A stretch of 46,688 bases of DNA from an uncultured bacterium (GTDB lineage Bacteria > Verrucomicrobiota > Verrucomicrobiia > Verrucomicrobiales > DEV007). The DNA lies in the NCBI GenBank assembly GCA_963977015.1, contig CAXBMO010000036.1, positions 1 through 46,688 on the forward strand. The letters are read 5' to 3'. Within the stretch, counting starts at the first letter, position 1; each line of letters begins with the position of its first letter. Below the pieces are notes generated by a model. It searched no databases and was not told where the DNA came from. It was given only the letters and a program-made list of their open reading frames with translations. Position numbers and translations under genes: made by a program. This document shows positions 19,154 through 28,362 of the stretch, one piece after another.

Positions 19154-20821
19154 CTAAATGAGGCTAAGGTGAGAAAACATTTGTGCGAGTTCCCCATCCG
19201 GATTTGGAATCGATTCATCGGGATCCAGCGGAGGATCACAAATTAACGTAACTGGAGGCGATGGAAGGCGATCACCATTTGCTTTGAAGTGAAGCCAATG
19301 GTTTCCTTTGGGACAAGGTGAGCAATCACTTGTGAGGTCGGCAAGATCTTGGAAATCACCGAGGACAACGAATGCAAGACAATTTCTCTCGTCACCAAGA
19401 TCATGTTTGTGTAGCTTCTTCGGCGCTCTCTGGTCGGGATCGCTCCACTTCCTCTTTAGAACGGTATACTGATCTCTCCACGCTCTCCGTTCTGGCGTAT
19501 CGCCGACTGGGCATTGGTCATGCCGACGGAGAAGTCGGCGGCAAATGGCAAACCTGGCGCCCAAAGCAGAGTGATGGTCACGAACCGTCGATAGCTGCTC
19601 GATCGGAATAAAGAACTCATCCTCTTCTAGAAAGAATTCAATTTGCGGTAGGTGTTCGAAAATTTCCTCCCCTGTGCAATCAAAAATGGTTTGCAATTGG
19701 TGATAGGAAAAGAGCCAACATTTTTGCAGAAAATCGCCCGCGAATCTCCGGAGGGAGGCACCATCAATGGTGTCTTGCGAGTGGAAGATCCTCTGCTTGC
19801 CCATCCAAATCTCCCAGACCAACAAGAAGAATCCATGGGAGCCATCCCAAGACGAATCTTTGGGGCGCAAGTAGGAGCGGATCTTCAGGTTGCTTTGAAT
19901 ACTTTTCAGAGGCTCAATGCAGTACAGGCGGCGGAACTGATCGGCACGCTTCCATACTTCGTCCCTGAGCTCTCGATTCTTGGTGAAAGGAGAAAGCGGG
20001 TGTTGCGTCCAGAGATAGAGAAAGCGATAGAACTTCTCGGGCGAATCTAGCACCTTAAAGAAGATGTAGGAGAGAATGTCCAACTCGTCTTCGCTCGAAG
20101 GCAGAGTCGGCAATTGATCTAGATGGCCCGTCGCAAGGGCCGCAAAAAATAGGTGGACGTCATCGTAATGGTCCCAAAGGTATTCGTTTGGGGCATTGGC
20201 AAGGAGTTTGCATATAGAAACTCGGAAGCGATCTGGAGTTTCGAAACAAGCGCATCCATCAATGGCCCCGAGAATCTGCCGGCGAAAAGAGTCATCGATA
20301 CTGAATGGAATAGAAGCGGGGTAATGCTTCTCGTTTAGCTTGATCAGTTCTGCATTGTCCTCGATATCGTCTTTGGAAAAGCTAAGCCCGGTGCCTAAGT
20401 GGAGCAAAAGGATAAAGTATCGCTTGGGGTGTTCCTTATAATGGTTGAGAGCAACTCTCAGCTCTCGTCGGACCTGGTCGTCTGGCAAATCAATGCTACG
20501 TTCAGTCTGGTCTGGTGGGGGGCTGCCCGATGCTCGCTTGTCTAACCAGATTGCTTTGTTGCAGTAAAGAAAGATGACGACTTTTGCTCTGTGCTCCGTG
20601 AGGGGCGGTTGCAGTGCTTCGTCAATTTGAGGGCTCCAATTCTGCCCCGGTTTCATGGTTTCAACATCGAGAAATACCTCTGTGTCAGGCCCCCACTCTT
20701 CGATCAGCAACCTGCGAAGTTGCGGGGCCACTTGATTGGCCTCCTTATCAAGGCGCCGATACGAGATGAAGAATGATGGCTCCTGGGGGAAACCGGTTTG
20801 TGATTCAGCTTCTACAGACAT
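19154..20821 (-). CDS. TIR-domain protein, probable vWA-MoxR-associated protein (VMAP)
   Basis: FFISYRR..VFLDVETMKPGQNW..QVRREL TIR; C-terminal IEFFLEED.F.IPIEQL..LGARFAI..R..W..KW resembles VMAP-C; directly upstream of MoxR. ATG 20821 preferred over 20938. Confidence 0.75.
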   Translation of the reverse strand: MSVEAESQTGFPQEPSFFISYRRLDKEANQVAPQLRRLLIEEWGPDTEVFLDVETMKPGQNWSPQIDEALQPPLTEHRAKVVIFLYCNKAIWLDKRASGSPPPDQTERSIDLPDDQVRRELRVALNHYKEHPKRYFILLLHLGTGLSFSKDDIEDNAELIKLNEKHYPASIPFSIDDSFRRQILGAIDGCACFETPDRFRVSICKLLANAPNEYLWDHYDDVHLFFAALATGHLDQLPTLPSSEDELDILSYIFFKVLDSPEKFYRFLYLWTQHPLSPFTKNRELRDEVWKRADQFRRLYCIEPLKSIQSNLKIRSYLRPKDSSWDGSHGFFLLVWEIWMGKQRIFHSQDTIDGASLRRFAGDFLQKCWLFSYHQLQTIFDCTGEEIFEHLPQIEFFLEEDEFFIPIEQLSTVRDHHSALGARFAICRRLLRRHDQCPVGDTPERRAWRDQYTVLKRKWSDPDQRAPKKLHKHDLGDERNCLAFVVLGDFQDLADLTSDCSPCPKGNHWLHFKANGDRLPSPPVTLICDPPLDPDESIPNPDGELAQMFSHLSLI

Positions 20822-21184
20822 CGAAGTCGTCCTTTGATCGGATGGAGGTGAGCGATCGTTTGCGATTGCATTGGGCACTTGTGGCAGCGGGGTGACCTTT
20901 CTCTTCAATCCCCATCTTGTCTTTAGGGGGACTTCCAATATTGTCGATCCATTGATCCGCGTAGTATTGCTGGACGAACGATAGAGCTGTGCCGCCCGTG
21001 CCGAATGGGCGAGCGCCGTAGCAAATTTGATTTATGAAATCAGAAAAAAACATCGAAAGCAAGGCGCGGCGCGTGTCGGACACCAGCCGTTTGACATCCC
21101 CTTCGTTGGGTTCGGGTGGGTGGCATATTGGGCATACAATCATTGAGGCGACCAGGTCTCGCGGCACAACCCTAAAAGCATCAA

Positions 21185-21691
21185 TCAACTGGGACGTGGT
21201 TCCGCCCCGTATTTTTCTTCGACTTTCGCATTTAACCGCATTATCTCTGGAAGAGCTAGGATTCCCAATTTCGTTGCGGCGGCATTTTTCCGCCGCAACG
21301 CTTCGACGAAATCAACGACAATCGGATCATCGGATAGCGGCTCTAAAATGTTGTCAGGATAGGCATAATCTCGTGGTTCAGCTGCGTCGGGATCGTGGAC
21401 AAACTGAATCTTGCCCTCTCTCCACTCGTTTGGTGTCGGGTCATTAAGCGTTCCATAGGGAGCCTGCCATACCGCGTGAAATTCAGCTTCAACGAAAACG
21501 GATGGCCACTCCCACAAGCACCAACCCAAAAGCATGGTCCCTTGCTTTTTTGCGCATAGATTTTTCACATTGGGAATGCAATCCCCAGTCTTGGCCCAAC
21601 TTTTGGGTTGAACTTCTACGGAACGGAGAGGTTCGGATGAAAGCTGTGAGGCAAATGCGAGAATGGCCTCTGATCTGTCCGGGGTGTGCAT
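21185..21691 (-). CDS. Hypothetical protein, putative papain-like Cys-His-Asp fold
   Basis: GDCIPNV...LGWCLWEW..EAEFHAVWQAP.G.L.DPTP conserved pattern; likely start MHTPD. Confidence 0.65.
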   Translation of the reverse strand: MHTPDRSEAILAFASQLSSEPLRSVEVQPKSWAKTGDCIPNVKNLCAKKQGTMLLGWCLWEWPSVFVEAEFHAVWQAPYGTLNDPTPNEWREGKIQFVHDPDAAEPRDYAYPDNILEPLSDDPIVVDFVEALRRKNAAATKLGILALPEIMRLNAKVEEKYGAEPRPS

Positions 21692-22282
21692 CCTTGGCTG
21701 TCGCAGTGTTAGAGGGATAACTAGGGATATCCTGCAGATTCGCAGGGATATCCTTTTGTGTTTAACATTCTTACAGGGAGAATTGTGAATTGAGACGGGT
21801 TGGTAAAAGCCGAATTTGGAAAGATTTAAGGTGCATGATGAAATGGGCGCACAGCCGCCTGCGTTGGGAAGGTTATCGGGGCGAAATGGCGCTGTCAAGA
21901 CGGTTGGCGGTACTTTGTGCATGGCGCTTCGAGGGGAGAGGAGAGGGGGAGGAATGGAGGAGGTGTATTCGTTAACGAATCACAGCCGGTGGCAACAGCG
22001 CGAAGGATTTGAGTGTTGGTCTCGTAACGGCGCTACGAGCGCAAAGGCGGGGGTTGAGGGGGGGGAGTGATTGGGGATTGCCGAACCGGTTTTGGTCTGA
22101 GACTTGAGCGATCTGCCAGGCCCTCCGCAGATCCGCGTGCGCCATTCTTCCGCGATTGGTGAACCGGGTCCGCCGCACAAGCGTTGCAGGGCTTGGGATG
22201 GTCGATGACCAAGTCCGACGCGAGGTTCCAGCTCAAAGGGTTGCGGCGTTTGATGGGTTGGGGAGACGGGATGAGGGATTCC

Positions 22283-22362
22283 CGTTGTAGAGGAATCCGC
22301 GAGGAATTCCTGGGCGACGGCAGCAGCGGCTCTGGGGTGGAATTTTTTGCAAATTCCGCTAC
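22283..22362. repeat. Convergent pair of GTAG-type REPs (REPIN-like) just after the helicase stop
   Basis: 22287-22311 GTAGAGGAATCCGCGAGGAATTCCT (+) and 22337-22362 GTAGCGGAATTTGCAAAAAATTCCAC (-); 22283-22314 is identical to 11385-11416. Confidence 0.8.
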
Positions 22363-22366
22363 TGAC

Positions 22367-25300
22367 TCAGAGGTCGAGGAGTGCCTGGGTTGGTTGGCTT
22401 GGTTCGGGTTCCCGGGTTTCGAGGCCGACTTCGAGCATGGTGCCGGTGGTGACGAGGTGAATGAAGAGGCGCGCGCCGGGATGTCCGAGCGCTTCGCGGT
22501 AGGCCAGCAACTGGCCCGAGTAGCTGAGCACTTTGGCTTCCTGGGCGGCGCGGTTTCCGGGAAAGATCTTGTGATCGATGATGATGGGGCCGGTGGCGGT
22601 GTGGACGAGGTGATCGATGAATCCGGTGACGCGTTGGGACGCGGCGTTGGTGACGGTGAAGGGGACTTCGACTTCCTGTTTTACCGGCTCAAAGTGCCGG
22701 GTCACGAATTCGCAAAACTCGTTGATCGCCAGGAGAACGTCGGTGGGTTGGACGTGCTCGAAGAGGCCGAACGTTTCGAGAATCCGGTCCGCGCGCTCGG
22801 GCCGTCCGTCCGATTTGGGGTTCAAGATCTCGGCGGCGAGGAGGCGGTGCATCGCGTCTCCCAGATCGCGCTCGTCCACGTGCCCGGTAATCGGGAGACG
22901 CTTGCCAAACTCCAGTCGTTCGAGGATTTTCGCCTCCGGCACTGGTTCCGCCGATGAGGGCGTGAAGGTGGCTTCGGGAAACTCCGCCGACTTTCCAGGC
23001 GTGAACGTTGTTGGGAGCTCGAGTTCGGCCGGGGCCGGAGCAGGTCCGGGCGGCGCGGAATAGGTTTGCACCCCGGCGTTGGAACACAGTTTATCGACCG
23101 ATTCCGGCCCGAGCAAGTGTAACCAGGTCGACTCGACCGCCGGTTCGTGAAGCAGGTAGAGATGATCGCGCGCTCGCGTGAAGCCCACGTAGAGCAGGCG
23201 CAGGTCCTCCCCGTGGGCCAGATCAATCTGACGCTGGCCTTCGGCGGAATTCTCCAGGTTTTCGATCGCGAGACAGGACCCGTAGCCAAAGGGATGAACC
23301 CACATCCGGAGTTCCCGGCGACCGGTTTCTCCAGTCTGGGATCGCAGTTGAAACAGGCGATGGCGCGACGGCGCATCCAAATCGCAAAGCAGCACGATGG
23401 GCCATTCCAGCCCCTTGGATTTGTGATAGGTGCCGACGAAGATGGCGTCATCCGATGTCGTCTGCGCCTGGCGATCCTGTTGATCCGACCCGAGCTGTTG
23501 CAGAAAACCGAACAGGCCGTTGAGCGTCGAGGGTTGGCCGAAGTCGGAAATGCGACGCTCGTAGTCGAGCACGAAGGCGCGGAGTTTTTCCAGATTCGCG
23601 ATGCGGGCAGAGACCCGTGCCAGGGATGGTCCCCAGCGGCGAACGCGGTCGAGCGACTGACTGGCGGCGAGCGCGAGATCGTAAACTTCGAGCGGCGAAC
23701 CCAGCTTGACGCGCGGGTTCCCACGTTCCTCGACCAGGGCGCGAACAGCCGGCGAGTCGAGCGCTTCCGCCCAGCCCCGGCCCCTTCGATCGTCCTCGGC
23801 GTGTTCGCGGAGGTAGTCGAGCCGGTGCTGAAGCCAGGTTTCCGGCTCGCCCGACGCGTTTTCCATCGCCACGACTTCAGCGACGGCGAGAGTGTCGGAC
23901 GGATCGGCGAGGACGCGCAAGGCCGCGAGCGCAAAGCGGCATTCCGGCGTTTCGAGCAAACCTTCCGCGGTCAAGGCGACATCGCGTCCCCGGTTCTGCA
24001 GCGCTTCGGCCACGTTTCCGGCGGCGGCATTGCTTCGGCATAGAACGGCGATGTCGGAATGGCGCAGCGCCCGGGGCTCGAGGATGTCGCGATCGAGGAT
24101 CACGGGAGGGTTGGCGAGCACCTCTTCGACCACGGAAGCGATCAGGACCGGCTTCTTTCCGCCATCGAGTCGCTTGGGTTGACCGGCCTTCTGCTTGTTG
24201 CTTGCCGCATAAACATCGTCGTTATGCAGAGCCACCGAATGATAGGCCGGGCCGCCAGGCTTCGGCCAGTCCGGCCGAGGCTTGAGCTTGGTATCCGCCT
24301 GCGGCAAATCCAACTGCCGCTCAAAGGCGGGAGCGAAATGATCGTTGGTCAGGCCGACGAGTTCGGCGACCGAACGGTAGGAGGTATCGAGCGTTTTGCG
24401 TGCCTCGGCCTGCCCCACCGCACGGAAGATCAATTCCGGGTCAGCACCCCGAAACGCGTAGATGGATTGCTTGACGTCGCCTACCCAGACCACCTCGCCC
24501 GCGAGTTCGCCCAATTGCTCGAAGAGGGCCAACTGGATGGGGCTGGTGTCCTGAAATTCGTCCACGAGCAGAAGCTGCATTTCTTCGCGCAAGACATCGC
24601 GGACGTCCGCATTGGTCCGAATCAAATCGAGCGCGTCACGCTCCAGATCCTGATAATCGGCGACGCCGCGTTGCCGCTTCAACTCCTGAAACCGGGCCGC
24701 GACTTTCGCCGCGTTGGTGAAGAGCAAGCGCAGGTATTCCTGAATCTCGCGATGCAAACGCGGATGCCCGGCGACGCGGTTCATGAGTTCGGGCACGTCC
24801 TCTTCCTTGAAGTGTTTGAACTTCACCTCGGGCGCCTCGCCGCGTTCCGGATTCTTCACCCAGGCGGCCCAAGGGGCCTGCGTTTTCACGGCTCGTTCCA
24901 GGCGCTTGATGTACTTCGCGTACTTTGACGTTCCCGATTTTTCCGAGGTCGACAACTCCGCGTGAATCGCCTCCAACTCGCTCACCACCGTCTCGTCCAG
25001 GTTCTCGCCTTCGACCGCGTTCGGAAGCGCGGCCTGCATCTCCAACCAACTCGCCTCCCCCATCACCCCAAGCTCGCTCGCATCGATTTCGTTGGCGCGG
25101 GCCGCCTGAATCAGATTACAAATCGCGCTGCTCCAGTCGTAGGAACCGGTCCGGCTGTCCTTCTGGCTCAGCTGATCGCTCAAGCGAAAGAGCTCCCGCT
25201 GATCGTCTTCGCTGATCTCCGTTTCGAGGGCCTGATCGAGGAAACGCGCCACCTCGGCATCTTCGATCAATCGCAGGTCCGGCGAAATTCCGGCTTCGAG

Positions 25301-25567
25301 CGCAAACCGTTTCAGCAGCTGGGAACAGATGCTGTGAACCGTGCCGATGAGCGCCTCATCGAGTTGGAGCGCGGCTTCGCTCATGCCGCGTTCGTGGAAT
25401 TTGGCGGCGATCCGCTCGCGCAATTCCCGCGCCGCGAGACGCGAAAACGTGGTCGCGACGACCGTCTCGGGCCGGGCCCGGCCAGCCGCGATCGCCTCGA
25501 GAATTTGTTGGACGAGGTGGTAGGTTTTTCCGGATCCTGCGCCGGCGGAAACAAAGGTGACGTTCAT
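22367..25567 (-). CDS. UvrD/AddA-like SF1 helicase with C-terminal PD-(D/E)XK nuclease
   Basis: SAGAGSGKT, IGTVHS, LVDEFQDTS, VGDVKQSIYAFRGAD, TYHKSKGLEW, LLYVGFTRAR; GFIDHLV..IIDHK nuclease. Confidence 0.92.
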   Translation of the reverse strand: MNVTFVSAGAGSGKTYHLVQQILEAIAAGRARPETVVATTFSRLAARELRERIAAKFHERGMSEAALQLDEALIGTVHSICSQLLKRFALEAGISPDLRLIEDAEVARFLDQALETEISEDDQRELFRLSDQLSQKDSRTGSYDWSSAICNLIQAARANEIDASELGVMGEASWLEMQAALPNAVEGENLDETVVSELEAIHAELSTSEKSGTSKYAKYIKRLERAVKTQAPWAAWVKNPERGEAPEVKFKHFKEEDVPELMNRVAGHPRLHREIQEYLRLLFTNAAKVAARFQELKRQRGVADYQDLERDALDLIRTNADVRDVLREEMQLLLVDEFQDTSPIQLALFEQLGELAGEVVWVGDVKQSIYAFRGADPELIFRAVGQAEARKTLDTSYRSVAELVGLTNDHFAPAFERQLDLPQADTKLKPRPDWPKPGGPAYHSVALHNDDVYAASNKQKAGQPKRLDGGKKPVLIASVVEEVLANPPVILDRDILEPRALRHSDIAVLCRSNAAAGNVAEALQNRGRDVALTAEGLLETPECRFALAALRVLADPSDTLAVAEVVAMENASGEPETWLQHRLDYLREHAEDDRRGRGWAEALDSPAVRALVEERGNPRVKLGSPLEVYDLALAASQSLDRVRRWGPSLARVSARIANLEKLRAFVLDYERRISDFGQPSTLNGLFGFLQQLGSDQQDRQAQTTSDDAIFVGTYHKSKGLEWPIVLLCDLDAPSRHRLFQLRSQTGETGRRELRMWVHPFGYGSCLAIENLENSAEGQRQIDLAHGEDLRLLYVGFTRARDHLYLLHEPAVESTWLHLLGPESVDKLCSNAGVQTYSAPPGPAPAPAELELPTTFTPGKSAEFPEATFTPSSAEPVPEAKILERLEFGKRLPITGHVDERDLGDAMHRLLAAEILNPKSDGRPERADRILETFGLFEHVQPTDVLLAINEFCEFVTRHFEPVKQEVEVPFTVTNAASQRVTGFIDHLVHTATGPIIIDHKIFPGNRAAQEAKVLSYSGQLLAYREALGHPGARLFIHLVTTGTMLEVGLETREPEPSQPTQALLDL

Positions 25568-25569
25568 GA

Positions 25570-28299
25570 TCAGGCGTTATGGGGCCAGCCACAGAGGGCG
25601 GCAAAGTCGTTGTAGCGGTCGGCGGTTTTCGGCGCGGTCCAGGTTTTTCGGGGCGGGTGGCTCGATTCGTCGGGAGTGGTTGCCGCGGTGGTGAACTCGA
25701 TTTTTCCGGCGTCGAACTGCGCCTTTCGCCATCGCCAGATTTCCTCAAAATCGTTCCAACAAGCCTGCCAGTCCGACTTCCAATCCGTGTCGCGAGCCTT
25801 GTAGATGGACGGCGCGTCCGGATAGAACTCCTGGCTTCGCGCCAGAATTTTGCCATTGCCCTTGAAGATGAAATAGGCGCAGGCCGGATGCACGCCTTCG
25901 GTGCTCTGGAGAAGATGGCCGTAGAGCGCCAACTGAAGATGAACGTTCTTCTCCAGCTCCATTTTGCGGCTGGTATAACCACCCAACTTGAGATCGATGA
26001 CGCCGGTCTTTCCGTCCTGGGTCCGCACGACCAAATCGATGAACCCGCGAAGCTTTCCACCGACAAAGTCGACATCTTCAATCGGCATTTCGCATTGCGC
26101 CTCGGTCACCCCGGCTTCGCGCAGATGAAGGATCAACCGCCACAACGCGCTTTCCGCCAAGTGGAGCAGGCGCTGGCGTGACGCTTCGAAACCGAGCACG
26201 AGATAGTGCGCGGCTTGTTCGGCCAGCAGGGCATCCCAGTTTTGGCGCACCCAATTGGAGACGGCTTCCTGTTGGACCGATTGCCATTCAATCGCTGAGC
26301 TTCCCTCCTGGGCTTCGGGCGAGAGGAGGCGCTTGACCAGAATCTGGACGATGCCCTGAACCGGCGTCTCGTCCTCCAAGGCCGGGGCCAGGCTTGGGTT
26401 GACGTTCGTCTCGTCATCGGGCTCAAACAGGCTCTCGACAAAGCCGTGCAACAGGGCGCCCTGACGTCGCGCCTCATCCAACACGCGGAAGTCGAGCAGG
26501 CAACCGGTTTGCAACTTCGCGGCATAACTGAACACCCATTGATAGGGGCTGTAGACCCATTTCTGAAGCGACGAATACGATTCCTGGCGTTCGAGCTGGA
26601 GGGCGGCGGGATTCGGCAGGGTCCACCAGCGGCGCGGTTCGGGGAGCGGACGCAAGGGAGTCTTTGCCGTGGGAATGAGGCTGGCGGCATCGCGCTCGAC
26701 GCCGGTCGTTTCGCCTGCGATGCGCAGGACGAGACCGGATGGGCGGTCGTGAAGTTCCGAGTTGGATGGCGCGACGAAAACGGCGAGCGATTTTCGGGCG
26801 CACAACGCCAGTTGCTGGGTCGCCTCCTCCTGCGCCAGCAAAACCTGTTTGGAGTCGGGAAATTGGATTCCCTGAGACGTCAGCCAGGTTCGTTCGCTCG
26901 GGAACAACGGCAGGACCGGCGGACTGGACCCGGTTGGTTTCCAGGCGAGCACGTGATCCTGCGGCTCGAGCAGGTGGGCCGGACGGCGAATGGGCCAGGG
27001 TTGTCCGACCTGGCCGCGATCGCCCTCGCTCTCCGCGTTTTCGCGCAACCATGCGGCGAGCAACCGCTCCAGCTCGAGGCGGCTCACCGTTCGATCGCCC
27101 CGAAGCAGCGCCTCGAAGCGAAAGACCGCGGCGGAGGCATTACGGTATTCCTCCTTGAGACCCAACCAGGTTCCGAGAGCGCGCGTTTTCTCCGCGAACA
27201 GGGCCGCGTTGGCGCCGGCCGGATCGGCCTGCTCGGGCTCCAACCAGGTCGCGATCTGGTTCTCGAGCCGGGTTCGCTCCTCACCTTCGACCGATGCGAG
27301 GACTTCCTGCAAAGCCGTGTTCCAGGCCGCATTGCGGTAGCCGGGAGTCTGATTCAGCGAGGACGCCAGTCGAAACCGAATCTTCGCGGAAACGGGATGA
27401 ACCGGGTGAAGCAGAAATTCGATCCAGGCCTGGGGATCAAAGGGCTCCCACGACAGCCGGAGGGTAAGGGGAAGCAGGTTGAGCAAGGCGGCTCCGGTCG
27501 AAACGGTGCGCTCGGGAAGCCGGGGAGATCCCTGGGTGGCGAGAACCTGATTGAGCGAGCCAAACTCCGCCGGATCGCCGACGATGGCGGTTTCGCGACC
27601 GGAATTGCGCACGAGCCATTCCCCGGCGCCGGCGGCAAGCGTGGACTCGGAATCCGCTCCGTAAAGCGTCAGGCTTTCGTCCGCCGGAATGACTTCGCCG
27701 CTTTCCAAACCGAGGAGGCGCGCCTGAAATTTCGCCAGCGCGGTTCCGGCTTCCGCGAGCGGTTTCGCCGGACGAATTGCGCCGCTTTTTTCGGCAACGG
27801 GCAATTGGTCGAGCAACTCCCGCCAGAGCCGCGGCAGAATTTCGCGATTCCCGATCACCACGATGCTCTCCACGCCGGAATCGACCGTTCCTCCTGCCAG
27901 CAGGCGAAGAATCGCGGCAACCCGTTCAGGCTCACCGATCAACGAAAACTTCTTCTCCACCCGGGCCAGCGTTTTCAGGCGATTCGGCGCGTCGGTTCCC
28001 GTCTTCTGCGGTTCCCAACCCTCCAATTTGAGTTCGTCGCGCCATTGCAACAAACGCCCCGCCACGGCCAGGGGATCCTGCTCAAAGGAACGCTCGTAAA
28101 ACGCGCCGGATTTCTCGGCAAACAGAGCCTGCTGGTAGGCCTCGACCCGCTGCAAACTCGTCTCCAAACCGGAAACGAGCCCCAATCGGGCTTCCAGCAG
28201 TTGCAACATTCCAAGTGGCCCGACAACCGCCTTGCCCACTCCTTGAAGGGAGGGGGGCGCGACGCATCCATCGAGAAAGGGACCAAACCAGACTTGCAT
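25570..28299 (-). CDS. AddB-like protein: inactive helicase-like body + C-terminal PD-(D/E)XK nuclease
   Basis: SYSSLQKW..PYQW, LRGFIDLVV..VIDLKLG..QLALY; no Walker A; 2 nt from the helicase start. Confidence 0.85.
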   Translation of the reverse strand: MQVWFGPFLDGCVAPPSLQGVGKAVVGPLGMLQLLEARLGLVSGLETSLQRVEAYQQALFAEKSGAFYERSFEQDPLAVAGRLLQWRDELKLEGWEPQKTGTDAPNRLKTLARVEKKFSLIGEPERVAAILRLLAGGTVDSGVESIVVIGNREILPRLWRELLDQLPVAEKSGAIRPAKPLAEAGTALAKFQARLLGLESGEVIPADESLTLYGADSESTLAAGAGEWLVRNSGRETAIVGDPAEFGSLNQVLATQGSPRLPERTVSTGAALLNLLPLTLRLSWEPFDPQAWIEFLLHPVHPVSAKIRFRLASSLNQTPGYRNAAWNTALQEVLASVEGEERTRLENQIATWLEPEQADPAGANAALFAEKTRALGTWLGLKEEYRNASAAVFRFEALLRGDRTVSRLELERLLAAWLRENAESEGDRGQVGQPWPIRRPAHLLEPQDHVLAWKPTGSSPPVLPLFPSERTWLTSQGIQFPDSKQVLLAQEEATQQLALCARKSLAVFVAPSNSELHDRPSGLVLRIAGETTGVERDAASLIPTAKTPLRPLPEPRRWWTLPNPAALQLERQESYSSLQKWVYSPYQWVFSYAAKLQTGCLLDFRVLDEARRQGALLHGFVESLFEPDDETNVNPSLAPALEDETPVQGIVQILVKRLLSPEAQEGSSAIEWQSVQQEAVSNWVRQNWDALLAEQAAHYLVLGFEASRQRLLHLAESALWRLILHLREAGVTEAQCEMPIEDVDFVGGKLRGFIDLVVRTQDGKTGVIDLKLGGYTSRKMELEKNVHLQLALYGHLLQSTEGVHPACAYFIFKGNGKILARSQEFYPDAPSIYKARDTDWKSDWQACWNDFEEIWRWRKAQFDAGKIEFTTAATTPDESSHPPRKTWTAPKTADRYNDFAALCGWPHNA

Positions 28300-28362
28300 G
28301 GCCCGAGACTAAGGGATGAATGTTAGGCTCGCAAGGCCGGCTTCACTTCCACGACAAATGGT

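Noticed and set aside
20805-21188. 127-aa ORF with CPICH motif between papain-like and VMAP genes
   Set aside because: TTG start, no recognisable family; cannot be supported, though its overlap with both neighbours means it is not excluded.
26446-28326. 626-aa plus-strand ORF and similar long antisense ORFs
   Set aside because: Antisense shadows of well-supported minus-strand genes in GC-rich DNA.
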